NCBI GenBank assembly: GCA_963766075.1
Contig: CAVYAN010000089.1
Coordinates: 1-10,431, forward strand
DNA from: an uncultured cyanobacterium
Lineage (GTDB): Bacteria > Cyanobacteriota > Cyanobacteriia > Leptolyngbyales > Leptolyngbyaceae
DNA length: 10,431 nt
Direction: 5' to 3'
A program made the position numbers and the translations under genes. Shown here piece by piece: positions 1 to 8,863 of the stretch. Every line of letters begins with the position of its first letter. Position 1 is the stretch's first letter. Under the pieces are notes generated by a model. It saw only the letters and a program-made list of their open reading frames with translations, was not told the origin of the DNA and searched no databases.

Positions 1-186
1 ACGAATGGTGGTACGACAAACCACTGCTTGGTCACTCGGAAACGCTTGCCGTGCATATCTGACACTATACCATTCCAGCTTCGCTTTGAGTCAGAGATTG
101 GATGAATTCTCCAGAATATGGAATTATGAAGGCAGACGAATCCGCGATGATTCGGACAAGTGGGCTTTAATAGGCACGGAGCATGC

Positions 187-561
187 ATGACACCCTGGAA
201 ACTGGCGGCGGCGATTGGCGGCATAGTATTGGGGATCACGGGTGGCGCGTTGATCGTCACCAACCCCGATCAGGCCACCTATGAATCCTTTGCCACCACT
301 AAGCTAGTGGACTATCTAGGCCGAGAAGTGTGCAGTAATGCCGTCCAAACCCTGGGGCTAAATCGAGACTGTGAGAAATTTCTGCGATCAAATCAGGCGC
401 TAATCCGCCGCTTGATCACCCGCCAGACACAGCGGCAAAATTTTCTGTTCTTCAGTATTTATCGGACTGACCTGGAATTAACGGTTTTACTACCGTCTTA
501 TCAGTTTGAAACCATGGGAGGACTCGGCCAATTTTATGTATATAAGTCAGAGAAAAAATAA
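187..561 (+). CDS. DUF4359-like cyanobacterial protein with N-terminal hydrophobic/signal segment
   Basis: ORF 160..561. ATG at 187 (MTPWKL) is the likelier start. A hydrophobic N-terminus is followed by TNPDQATY, two Cys, TQRQNFLFFSIYRTDL and YQFETMGGLGQFYVY, a pattern I recognise from DUF4359 proteins. Confidence 0.75.
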   Translation: MTPWKLAAAIGGIVLGITGGALIVTNPDQATYESFATTKLVDYLGREVCSNAVQTLGLNRDCEKFLRSNQALIRRLITRQTQRQNFLFFSIYRTDLELTVLLPSYQFETMGGLGQFYVYKSEKK

Positions 562-603
562 CTCGGGTCATGAGCCGGAACAAACAGCGCGGTGTTGATC
601 CTC

Positions 604-634
604 AGCCACACCTAAAGATAAGCGACACCTAAAG
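604..634. repeat. Imperfect direct repeat AGC(C/G)ACACCTAAAG x2, 17-bp period
   Basis: Copies at 604-617 and 621-634, one mismatch. Confidence 0.7.
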
Positions 635-648
635 GCAGGATAATTCCT

Positions 649-698
649 AAAAATCAGCCGAAAGCCGCATAGTCCAATGGACCATGCGGCAGATTTTT
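649..698 (-). terminator. Probable intrinsic terminator of sigC, possibly bidirectional
   Basis: Inverted repeat GCCGCATaGTCCA (664-676) / TGGACcATGCGGC (678-690). The mismatch becomes a G-U pair on the minus-strand RNA, which continues UUUCGGCUGAUUUUU. The + strand has AGATTTTT after the stem. It lies between convergent genes. Confidence 0.65.
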
Positions 699-764
699 GT
701 CAGTGCGAGCGTCTTGCCCACATCGTGTCGCAAGCAAGACACCGGCACTTTCACGCCCTCAGGG

Positions 765-820
765 CTTCTAACTCAAGACTTCTAACTCAAGACTTCTAAC
801 TCAAGACTTCCTAACTCAAG
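765..820. repeat. 14-bp tandem repeat CTTCTAACTCAAGA x3 plus a fourth copy overlapping the sigC stop codon
   Basis: Perfect units at 765-778, 779-792 and 793-806, then CTTC-CTAACTCAAG (807-820), which contains the last codons and stop of sigC. Confidence 0.95.
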
Positions 821-2052
821 GCTTCCAAATAGTCCCGCACACGGTTACGGCGTTTGGGCTGGCGCAGTTTTTGCAGCGCCTTGGCCTCAATCTGACGGAC
901 CCGCTCCCGAGAAAGATCGAGAGCACGCCCAATATCAGCCAAAGAATAGGGCTGACCATCGCCTAAGCCAAAGCGCATTTGAATCACATCTCGTTCGCGA
1001 CTGGTCAAATCGGCCAGCAGTTGTTCTAATTCTCGGCGCAGAGACTCCCGCATCAGGGTATCTTCTGGTGAAATATCGTCAGTTTCCAGCAGATCGCCAA
1101 GCTCGGTATCTTTTTCCTTACCAACTTTAGTTTCTAATGAAACAGAGCGGGGCACCCGCAGCAGCACGTCCCGGACCTGGGCCGCGTCCATTTCGAGTTC
1201 CTTGGCAATGTCTTCCATGGTGGCGGTGCGGCCTTTCTCCTGCGAGATTTTCCGCTGAGCCTTTTTGATCTTATTGAGCTTTTCGGTGATGTGGACCGGG
1301 AGGCGAATGGTGCGGCTTTGGGTGGCGATCGCCCGGGTAATGCCCTGCCGAATCCACCAATAGGCATAGGTACTAAACCGATAGCCCTTGGTCGGATCAA
1401 ACTTCTCAACCGCACGTTCCAATCCCAGCGTCCCTTCTTGAATCAGGTCCAGGAGTTCCAATCCCCGGTTTTGATACTTCTTGGCTACAGAAACCACCAA
1501 CCGCAGGTTGGCTTTGATCATATGCTCTTTCGAGCGGGTGCCCGCAGTTTGAATTTCTTCTAGCTCAGCAACGGTCAGGTTGGCCAGTTCTGCCCAGTGG
1601 CGCTTGCCTTCTGCCAAGATTGGCTTCAGTTCAAACACAGCCACACCAGCCTCCTTGGCCCACCGTTCTAGAGAAGGGCGATGGCCTAGGGTCGAGGTGA
1701 GGCGATCGTGGGCATCCACCAGTTCCACATAACGCTGAATCGGCCCTGTGGCCGTTTGAGCCAGCTCTACACGGAGTTCCACCAACCGCATATAGCGCTG
1801 CACCCGTTGGGCTTCAGCAACTTCTTCATCTCGCCCCAGCAACTGCACGCGACCAATTTCTTGAAGATACAAGCGCACGAGATCCGTAGTTTTGCGGTTG
1901 GCGGGTAACCCAGTGGGGTCCGTATATTCCAGTTCCAGACTCATCAGATCATCGACGGCATGCCCATCCGCCTCAGGACTGAATGCCGATAGATTGGGGG
2001 CATAGGTTTGATCGTTATAGTCGGCTTCAGAGTGAAAAGAGTGGGCTGACAT
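811..2052 (-). CDS. sigC: Group 2 RNA polymerase sigma factor SigC
   Basis: Region 1.2 [13 protein letters not shown], region 2 [27 protein letters not shown]...[17 protein letters not shown], region 4 [10 protein letters not shown]. The C-terminus [14 protein letters not shown] and the [11 protein letters not shown] insert are typical of cyanobacterial SigC. Confidence 0.92.
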   Translation of the reverse strand: MSAHSFHSEADYNDQTYAPNLSAFSPEADGHAVDDLMSLELEYTDPTGLPANRKTTDLVRLYLQEIGRVQLLGRDEEVAEAQRVQRYMRLVELRVELAQTATGPIQRYVELVDAHDRLTSTLGHRPSLERWAKEAGVAVFELKPILAEGKRHWAELANLTVAELEEIQTAGTRSKEHMIKANLRLVVSVAKKYQNRGLELLDLIQEGTLGLERAVEKFDPTKGYRFSTYAYWWIRQGITRAIATQSRTIRLPVHITEKLNKIKKAQRKISQEKGRTATMEDIAKELEMDAAQVRDVLLRVPRSVSLETKVGKEKDTELGDLLETDDISPEDTLMRESLRRELEQLLADLTSRERDVIQMRFGLGDGQPYSLADIGRALDLSRERVRQIEAKALQKLRQPKRRNRVRDYLEALS

Positions 2053-2212
2053 AGGATTCGCTCAGTTGCTCCAAGTAAATATAGGCATCAGTCACCTGCT
2101 TGTGGTTAGTGTTCCCACCACTGCCAACCAGAGAACAGAGCAGGAAGTTCCGTCACTTCAATCTTGACAAATGCCCCTAGCGCAGGCCATGCAAGACTGA
2201 AATGTCTCTCTA

Positions 2213-2262
2213 ATTGCCACTGTGGCAATCGTCAAAACCACTGTGGCAATCGTTAAAACCAC
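2213..2262. repeat. 21-bp tandem repeat CCACTGTGGCAATCGT(C/T)AAAA x2 with an overlapping perfect palindrome
   Basis: Units at 2217-2237 and 2238-2258, plus CCAC at 2259-2262. The inverted repeat ATTGCCAC-T-GTGGCAAT spans 2213-2229. Confidence 0.9.
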
Positions 2263-2498
2263 GTATGCGCTGTCATCACCTTGCCCTAGCCACCCCATTT
2301 TTCTAGGCTGTCGCCCAAAAAAATCAGCGCAACTCGCATGGCGACTCCAATCAGTGCCTACCTATATCTACATCACATGACTTTGGGTTTCCCGACGGTT
2401 AGGCGAATCCTTGCAGTTCCTTAATACATAAAAAGGCAGCACCGTTTCTGTTGGGCGAGTCGTTCGTTCGATCCGCGAAGGTGTTAGAATCCGCCAGA

Positions 2499-2795
2499 TT
2501 AGCGCGTGTATCGCATTCTTTGCCAAACATTGGTGATGAGGTAAATTACCAATACTGAACCCAGGATGGATGGAATAATCGGCACTCCCCCAAATCCCCA
2601 GTGCAAGAAGGGGAAGTTCAAGCCATAGCGAGTGTGAAGAAAGGTAAAGATAGCCCCGCCAATCCAGACCCCAACAAGGCCAGTGAAAAATAAGCCCAGG
2701 AATTTTCCGGGAACTTGGCGAGGAATAATCACATTAGCAAGACCAGCACAAATCACCGTAACCAAAAGTTGGATGGCCAAATGAGATGGCTCCAT
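2499..2795 (-). CDS. GlsB/YeaQ/YmgE family (transglycosylase-associated) small membrane protein
   Basis: 98 aa with three hydrophobic segments and motifs IIPRQVPG, GLVGVWIG and IIPSILGSVLVI. RBS AGGAG (+ strand CTCCT, 2805-2809) sits 9 nt upstream of the ATG. Confidence 0.8.
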   Translation of the reverse strand: MEPSHLAIQLLVTVICAGLANVIIPRQVPGKFLGLFFTGLVGVWIGGAIFTFLHTRYGLNFPFLHWGFGGVPIIPSILGSVLVIYLITNVWQRMRYTR

Positions 2796-3206
2796 TGGTG
2801 TTACTCCTGAAAAAGTAGGAAGGCAGGCGCGGACAACGGGAAACCCTGATTCGATTCTGACCCCGCAAAGTTAATGGGGCGACCTACCCAAGAGAGACTT
2901 TGTCGGTGAATGGTTTTGTGATGCTTACCCTTAATTTTTAAACGATTTTTGATCAGGCTGAACGGACTACAGCCCTGCTGGTAGATAGCGGGAATGAGTG
3001 GCGTGATCTGTGCTCTCCGGCGATCGCCAACGATCTAGATCACTGGGGGCACTGTCATCCTGCTTTCATTCTAATGCGTGCTAAATTTTCTGACCCAGCG
3101 TCCGCCCTAGCGCTAGATTTCTTTGCAAAGTCAGGGTTTCTTAAACCGATTCCAGAGCGCCTTTATCGAGGAATCAACCAGCCAAGCAATTGCCTAGCTG
3201 AGAAAT

Positions 3207-4019
3207 TTACTGTCCCAGCTCTTGGGATCGCTGGCAGGCAGTTCGGACTGCTTCAATCAAGGCAGACCGAAATCCGGAACGCTCTAAATGCGCAATTCCG
3301 GCAATTGTGGTACCCCCTGGACTGGTAACGCGATCTTTGAGTTCGCCCGGATGGAGGCCACTCTCTTGGAGCAGTTGAGCAGTGCCTTTAACCGTTTGCA
3401 GAGCGAGCTGCAGGGCGATCGCCCTTGGCAAGCCGGCGGCTACACCGCCATCGGCAAGGGCCTCAATCATCAGCGCCACATAACCGGGACCCGATCCAGA
3501 AAGACCCGTGACGGCATCCAGAGCAGACTCAGGCACATCCACAACTTCGCCAACGGCTTGGAAGATCTGGCGGGCAAGACTGAGGTGATGCGCTTGAGTA
3601 TGGGCACCGGGAGCGATCGCTGTCATGCCCGCGCCCACAGTTGCCGGGGTGTTGGGCATAGCCCGCACGACGGGCCATCCGGGAAAAGCGGCTTCCAATT
3701 TGCACAACGGTGTGCCCGCCAGAATCGAAATAATCAACGGAGGGGCCTCAGCCTGAGTCACAACCCTGGGCAATGCCTGGGTCACAGCAGCAAACACTTG
3801 GGGCTTAATCGCCAGCAATACTACATCCGCTGCCGCCATCGTAAGGCTGTTGTCGCCTGTGACCTGAATCCCATAGGACTGTCCAAGAGCATTCCGGCGA
3901 GTTTCCTGGGGTTCACTGACCAAGATAGCCTGGGGCGGGTAGATTTTCTGTGCAATCAACCGGGAGAGCAGTGCCTCCCCCATCACACCGCCTCCAATCA
4001 TGCCCAATTTAACCGCCAT
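3207..4019 (-). CDS. proC: Pyrroline-5-carboxylate reductase
   Basis: Rossmann motif IGGGVMG, AIKPQ, RAMPNTP, TGLSGSGP and VTSPGGTT. ATG 4019 is preferred to 4046 because GAGGG lies just upstream and the Rossmann motif follows immediately. Confidence 0.97.
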   Translation of the reverse strand: MAVKLGMIGGGVMGEALLSRLIAQKIYPPQAILVSEPQETRRNALGQSYGIQVTGDNSLTMAAADVVLLAIKPQVFAAVTQALPRVVTQAEAPPLIISILAGTPLCKLEAAFPGWPVVRAMPNTPATVGAGMTAIAPGAHTQAHHLSLARQIFQAVGEVVDVPESALDAVTGLSGSGPGYVALMIEALADGGVAAGLPRAIALQLALQTVKGTAQLLQESGLHPGELKDRVTSPGGTTIAGIAHLERSGFRSALIEAVRTACQRSQELGQ

Positions 4020-4132
4020 CTTGTTTTCCCTCGTCCAGACCGTCATGATTTAAAGTACTTCGGAGCGTACTCACTCTCCCCAGCTTGCCTTCGGGAGCCT
4101 GTTCGCCATTTTATTTCATCAATAGTTTCTCG

Positions 4133-4171
4133 AAATAATAAAGCTGTTAGCCCTAAAGGAACTAACAGCTT
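4133..4171 (-). terminator. Hairpin/intrinsic terminator between sepF and proC
   Basis: Minus-strand RNA AAGCUGUUAGUUC-CUUUA-GGGCUAACAGCUU forms 13 bp with two G-U pairs (4171-4141), followed by UAUUAUUU. Confidence 0.65.
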
Positions 4172-4281
4172 AGAACTATCAAGTTCAGTGTAATCAGGAA
4201 GTCAGCAGGAGCAGCTATGAACCCTAGAACTCACTTGAACAAACTACCCATCGCGATGTAGAGACTCAATGTACTCAAGGT

Positions 4282-4884
4282 CTACTGAACCATCCGCACT
4301 GGCTCAGATCCCCAGGACGGCGCTGGAGGAGCTTGACGGGGAGCCCGCATAGGAGCCTGCTGAGGCGCTTCATGAATGACGCCGCCATGGGTGCTGACCT
4401 GAACACAGTTAGGAGTGAACAGGAAGATGCTTTCGCCAATCCGTTCTTGGTGACCGTCGATAGCAAAAGTTCCACCCGCCACAAAGTCAACCGCGCGTTG
4501 AGCTTGATCGGGATCCATGATCGTCAGGTTTAGAACAACAGACTTACGTTCCCGCAAGGCTTGAATGGCCTGGGGCATTTCCTCAAAAGACCGTGGTTCC
4601 ATAACCACAACTTCGGAAACCCCATTGACTGCACCGGGCATGCCAATCACATTACTCATGGGTGAAGATACTCCAGTTTCTGTAAATCCAACGGTGCTGC
4701 GATCGCGTAACCGACTGCGACGGCTACGGCTCTCATCTTCTTGGGCTTGGGCCACAGGTTGAGGATTCTCTTGCTGATAGAGGTTTTGATACTCTTCGCC
4801 ATCCATTTCGTCGTACTCGTATTCATAGTCCATCGGTTCATTGAAACCGACAAAATCACGTAGCTTGCTGAAGATATTATTCAC
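4282..4884 (-). CDS. sepF: Cell division protein SepF
   Basis: N-terminal amphipathic helix FSKLRDFVG and core EPRSFEE...VVLNL...[34 protein letters not shown] start with GGAG upstream; lies between yggS/pipY and proC. Confidence 0.96.
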   Translation of the reverse strand: MNNIFSKLRDFVGFNEPMDYEYEYDEMDGEEYQNLYQQENPQPVAQAQEDESRSRRSRLRDRSTVGFTETGVSSPMSNVIGMPGAVNGVSEVVVMEPRSFEEMPQAIQALRERKSVVLNLTIMDPDQAQRAVDFVAGGTFAIDGHQERIGESIFLFTPNCVQVSTHGGVIHEAPQQAPMRAPRQAPPAPSWGSEPVRMVQ

Positions 4885-5643
4885 AATTCACGCTCCATCA
4901 CGATCGACATTCAATTGAGTAACGCTGCTTCCAACTACCAGAAACTCCGAAAACTTGCTCCAGTTCGAGCGATTCAAGTCACCCTGAAATCCTCAATGCG
5001 ATGCCCGAGAACTTTCTAAGATTAAAAATTACGTCCAGACCGGTAGATCCTTTGGTCACGAACTGTAATCCGCTGTAGACAGTCGATTAGGCTGAGCAGG
5101 CTTAACTTGCTTCGGCGAACTGAGTGAACAGTATACAACTAGTTTCAAAAATTGATCACTTTAATTCAAAGGTTTTTAATGGATTACTCCTAAGTTAGAG
5201 AATCACCCTGAAGATTCACCCTGAGCCCCTCAGAAAAGACCCACGTAAAACCTGAACAGAACCGACATCCCCATGTATCCAAACATACTAAAGAAACGAT
5301 GAGAATCTAGCCGGACGTGGCTGCAACCCTGAACTGAAAATAACAATCCAAAAAATAACAAAAAATTAACAATTAAAAGTCAATAAGCTGACTGGAGCAG
5401 GCAGGGTCGAAAAGACTCTGACGATTTGATAATTATATAAACACGATTTTGCGCCTGCAGTGCATTTTTCCATTAATTTATTTAACACTTTGATGAGATA
5501 CAAGTACTTAATCCCATGTTCGTTTACTTTATTGTAGTTCAAGAGTACTGAATTTTAAATGTATTTGGTTAAGTAGAATGACTGGCAATACGCCGAGAAT
5601 CGACGAAATCGCTTTGGAACAAGATTCTTGACCCACTATCGGG

Positions 5644-6390
5644 TTAAGAAACCGGAGACATCGGCAGTTGGGGGCGCTCGCCAAACAGAATTCGCCCTAA
5701 CCGAATCATCGTGGCTCCAGCGGCGATCGCCAAATCATAGTCTCCGGACATACCCATGGAAAGTTCGGTCATGCCCAGGCGTACCCACGGTTTTTGCGCG
5801 ATCGCATGTGCTAAGTCATGGGTTGCTTGGAACAAGCCCGCGAGGTCGGCATCGCTCAGGCCGAGGGGAGCGATGGTCATAATACCGCGAATGTCTAAAT
5901 GGTTGCACTGGTCAAGGTAGGGCAAATCGTTCCAGAGTTCGGGAACAGACCAGCCATATTTACTGGGATCGGGCAGGAGTCGGACTTGCAGACAAACTTT
6001 GGGCGCAGAAAAACGGCCCGCAGCCAGACGATTGAGCCGCTGAGCCAACTTCAAATCATCGACGGTATGAATCCACTGGAAGAGGTCCAGCGCTTTTTGG
6101 GCTTTATTGGCTTGCAAATGGCCAATGAAGTGCCAGGTAATGTCGGGCAAATCCCTAAGCTGGGCTTGTTTATCCTCTGCCTCTTGAATTCGATTTTCTC
6201 CAAAGTCTCGAATTCCGGCATGGTAGGCTGCTCGCATGGCAGCAACTGAAACCTGTTTGCTGACGGCAATGAGGCGCACAGCGGGCGGGAGAGTTTGCCG
6301 AATTTGAGCAATATTTTGAGCAATATCCTGGCACCGTTGTTCTGCGAGAGACTCCTCAGGGCTACGGTCTGTGGAGGTCGATTCATTCAT
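5644..6390 (-). CDS. pipY: YggS/PROSC family pyridoxal phosphate homeostasis protein PipY
   Basis: LIAVSK (PLP-binding Lys), FGENRIQE, WHFIGHLQANK, LSMGMSGD and GATMIRLG. Directly downstream of pipX. Confidence 0.95.
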   Translation of the reverse strand: MNESTSTDRSPEESLAEQRCQDIAQNIAQIRQTLPPAVRLIAVSKQVSVAAMRAAYHAGIRDFGENRIQEAEDKQAQLRDLPDITWHFIGHLQANKAQKALDLFQWIHTVDDLKLAQRLNRLAAGRFSAPKVCLQVRLLPDPSKYGWSVPELWNDLPYLDQCNHLDIRGIMTIAPLGLSDADLAGLFQATHDLAHAIAQKPWVRLGMTELSMGMSGDYDLAIAAGATMIRLGRILFGERPQLPMSPVS

Positions 6391-6431
6391 TGAGAGGTCT
6401 ATTAGTGAATAAGGTCGTTAATAAGGTCTAT

Positions 6432-6701
6432 TTATTGAAAGGTCTGCTTGTAAATCACCTGCAACTGACTTAGGTTCTGATTTTGGCCCAGACGACGCAG
6501 CAGGCGTAGGCGATTTTCCACCAGAATCCGGGCATCGGTGCGAGTAATCGGTTCAAATTCCATGCCGGCCACACCATTACTGACCAGGAAAAACAAACGC
6601 TGGGCGTAGAGTGTGGTAAAAAGTTCGCGATCGCTCTCAACAAGGCATACCCGGAACAGCAACCCGAAGTTGGGATGATTTAGATAGGTTTCATTGCTCA
6701 T
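6432..6701 (-). CDS. pipX: PII-interacting protein X (NtcA coactivator)
   Basis: MSNETYLNHPNFGLL...ELFTTLYAQRLFFLV...FEPI...AR..VENRLR..RR...KQTF. ATG 6701 gives the canonical 89 aa. Confidence 0.96.
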   Translation of the reverse strand: MSNETYLNHPNFGLLFRVCLVESDRELFTTLYAQRLFFLVSNGVAGMEFEPITRTDARILVENRLRLLRRLGQNQNLSQLQVIYKQTFQ

Positions 6702-6889
6702 TCGGGTCAAGGCTCATGCGGGGCTGTACTGGGTGGTGACCCAAACTGTTATACCCTAAATCGTTCACCAGATAACGGTTTTAGACTAAAGTTCTGGGGC
6801 GAGAATTCTGGATTTTGAGTTTTGTTACCTACCGTGGCCATGCGTATCCCGGAGCCTCGATGCAATTTGGATCAAGCACAATGGACAAT

Positions 6890-6923
6890 CATAGAAATTC
6901 GCGCCTCAACCGATTGAGACGCG
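6890..6923 (-). terminator. Stable hairpin downstream of ndhD2 (possible terminator or 3' stabiliser)
   Basis: Minus-strand RNA CGCGUCUCAA-UCGG-UUGAGGCGCG (6923-6900) forms 10 bp with one G-U pair, followed by AAUUUCUAU (weak U tract). A second stem AGGGATG/CATCCCT lies at 6961-6988. Confidence 0.5.
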
Positions 6924-7038
6924 CTTAAAGAAATATTCCTTGAAAAGATAGTTGACTTGAAGGGATGCTTGGCAAAGTAGCCATCCCTAGCGCGACTGCA
7001 TGCCGACCGGCATCTACCTGATAACCCAGGGACGAAGC

Positions 7039-8658
7039 CTACTTGACTAGAGTGGGCATATCTGCGGGAATTATGCTAGCCACCTTGGGCGCAGAATAGG
7101 CTCTGGCGAATAAAGAACTCGGGGGCTGGTGCGCGATCGCCAACACGGCTTCCCGCGCCTGGGAGGCAACCTGAGTAGTCTTGACATCGTAGGTTTGAGT
7201 CAGCAACTTCGGATACAGACCAATGCCCACAATGGGAACCAGCAAACAAGCCGTGATAAACACTTCCCGAGGATTGGCATCTCGGAAAATCGGCTTCTTG
7301 GGTTCACCAGGAACCAGCGCCGGAGGTTCGCCGTAGAACATTTCCCGCAACATTGAGAGCAGGTACACCGGGGTCAAAATCAAGCCAATGGAAGACAGGA
7401 GCACCATAACGACCTTAAACGACTCATTGTAGGAATCGCTAGTGGCAACACCCAGGAAAATGGCCAGTTCACCCACAAAACCGCTCATGCCGGGTAGAGC
7501 CAGGGATGCCATAGAGGCAATGGTAAAGAGAGCAAAGACCGTGGGCATGGACTTGGCCAGTCCACCCATCTTCTCTAGCATCAGGGTGTGGGTGCGATTG
7601 TAGGTAACACCGGAGAGGAAGAACAAAGCCGCCGCAATCAGGCCGTGGGAAATCATTTGCAGGAGCGCGCCGCTGAAACCCAACTCTGTGTAGGAAGCGA
7701 TCCCCAACAGCACAAAACCCATGTGGGAGATAGAGGAATAGGCCATGCGCCGCTTAAGGTTACGCTGTCCAAAGGAGACGATCGCCCCATACACAATGTT
7801 GACCACACCCAAAACCGCCAAGACTGGAGCAAAGTAAACATGGGCGTCGGGCAACATTTCCACATTCATCCGAATCAGAGCGTAGCCTCCCATTTTGAGC
7901 AATACCCCAGCGAGGATCATAGAGACGGGGGCCGAAGCTTCCCCATGGGCATCGGGTAACCAGGTATGCAGCGGAAATATCGGCAGCTTGACGCCGTAGG
8001 CCAGCAACAGCGCCGCATAGATAACCAGTTCAAAACCCAAAGAATAATCTTTCAGCGCCAACTCCTGCATATTGAAAGTGAAGTGGTCGCCATAGAATGC
8101 CATGGCTAAGCCACCCACCAAAATGCCAATGGAGGCGAGGGCGGTATAGAGAATAAACTTAGTGGCAGCGTAAAGACGCTTCGGTCCACCCCAAATCGAG
8201 ATCAGGATGTAAACCGGGACCAGTTCCAGTTCCCACATGATGAAGAACAGCATCAGATCTTGGGCACAGAACACGCCAATTTGGGCGCTGTACATGGCCA
8301 GAATTAAGAAGTAGAAAAGCTTGGGTTTCTCGGTGACTTTCCAGGCCGCTAGGGTAGATAAGGTGGTGACGAGGCCCGCCAGCACCACGAGGGGCATAGA
8401 AAGACCATCAACGGCGAGGGACCAATTCAGGCCCAGTTGAGGGAGCCAGGGATAGCTTTCGACCAGTTGGAAGCCGGGATTTTGGAAATCGTAGTTTTGC
8501 CAGAAGGTGTAGATGATCAGGGCAAATTCGATTAAACCAACACCTAAAGCATACCAGCGAACAGTTTTGCCTTGCTTGTCAGGAATCGCGGGAATGAAGA
8601 GAGCGGCTGCCAGAGGCAGTAGGGTGATGGTCGTTAACCAAGGAAATGACGTACTCAT
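7039..8658 (-). CDS. ndhD2: NAD(P)H-quinone oxidoreductase subunit 4 (NDH-1 antiporter-like subunit), D2 type
   Basis: NuoM/NdhD motifs [30 protein letters not shown] and [29 protein letters not shown] and MPTVFALF match my recollection of NdhD2 rather than NdhD1 (EATAPVHMLLAGI, GGQIAVF). The ndhD call is secure; the D2 assignment is less so. Confidence 0.88.
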   Translation of the reverse strand: MSTSFPWLTTITLLPLAAALFIPAIPDKQGKTVRWYALGVGLIEFALIIYTFWQNYDFQNPGFQLVESYPWLPQLGLNWSLAVDGLSMPLVVLAGLVTTLSTLAAWKVTEKPKLFYFLILAMYSAQIGVFCAQDLMLFFIMWELELVPVYILISIWGGPKRLYAATKFILYTALASIGILVGGLAMAFYGDHFTFNMQELALKDYSLGFELVIYAALLLAYGVKLPIFPLHTWLPDAHGEASAPVSMILAGVLLKMGGYALIRMNVEMLPDAHVYFAPVLAVLGVVNIVYGAIVSFGQRNLKRRMAYSSISHMGFVLLGIASYTELGFSGALLQMISHGLIAAALFFLSGVTYNRTHTLMLEKMGGLAKSMPTVFALFTIASMASLALPGMSGFVGELAIFLGVATSDSYNESFKVVMVLLSSIGLILTPVYLLSMLREMFYGEPPALVPGEPKKPIFRDANPREVFITACLLVPIVGIGLYPKLLTQTYDVKTTQVASQAREAVLAIAHQPPSSLFARAYSAPKVASIIPADMPTLVK

Positions 8659-8704
8659 CGTAAGACCTTGTGAAGGATTAGGGGGATTAGAAGCAATCGC
8701 TCTG

Positions 8705-8863
8705 TTAAAAAAAGATACAAAACAGTCGGTGCTTAATCCGCAAAGAAGCCCACCTATGCCAAGTGTCGGAGCTGGAACCAGACGGCGCTTGAATGAATAA
8801 CTGAGCCGGAGGAGGGTTGCTTGAGTCGTGCCGGAGCGCGGCTGTTCGGCGATCGCCTTGCAT
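8705..8863 (-). CDS. Possible 52-aa upstream ORF in the ndhD2 leader
   Basis: ATG 8863 to TAA 8705: [52 protein letters not shown]. It is preceded by TAGGAG only 2 nt from the ATG, which is suboptimal spacing. No recognisable homology. Confidence 0.2.
   Translation of the reverse strand: MQGDRRTAALRHDSSNPPPAQLFIQAPSGSSSDTWHRWASLRIKHRLFCIFF

Noticed and set aside
5..190. 61-aa + strand ORF and the extension of the next ORF to 160
   Set aside because: No RBS or recognisable motif. The region more likely holds a promoter (weak TTGCCG-16 bp-TACCAT at 46-73, itself too weak to call).
765..820. Possible CRISPR array
   Set aside because: 14-bp head-to-tail units without spacers and no cas genes.
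2165..2195. Perfect TTGACA on the + strand
   Set aside because: No -10 hexamer at 16-18 bp spacing and no downstream + strand gene.
2796..3000. Possible riboswitch upstream of the GlsB-family gene
   Set aside because: Only a small CCCC/GGGG stem. No c-di-GMP, glutamine or other aptamer consensus was recognisable on the coding strand.
3288..4193. 301-aa + strand ORF
   Set aside because: Antisense shadow of proC with atypical His/Arg/Gly-rich composition and no recognisable motif.
5503..5549. Possible NtcA or LexA boxes upstream of sepF
   Set aside because: GTA...TAC at 5534-5548 has a 9-nt spacer rather than 8. The two AGTACT hexamers lack the second half-site of the RGTAC-N3-DGTWC box.
1134..8800. 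Other short ORFs overlapping sigC, proC, sepF, pipY and ndhD2
   Set aside because: Alternative-frame or antisense shadows of well-supported genes.
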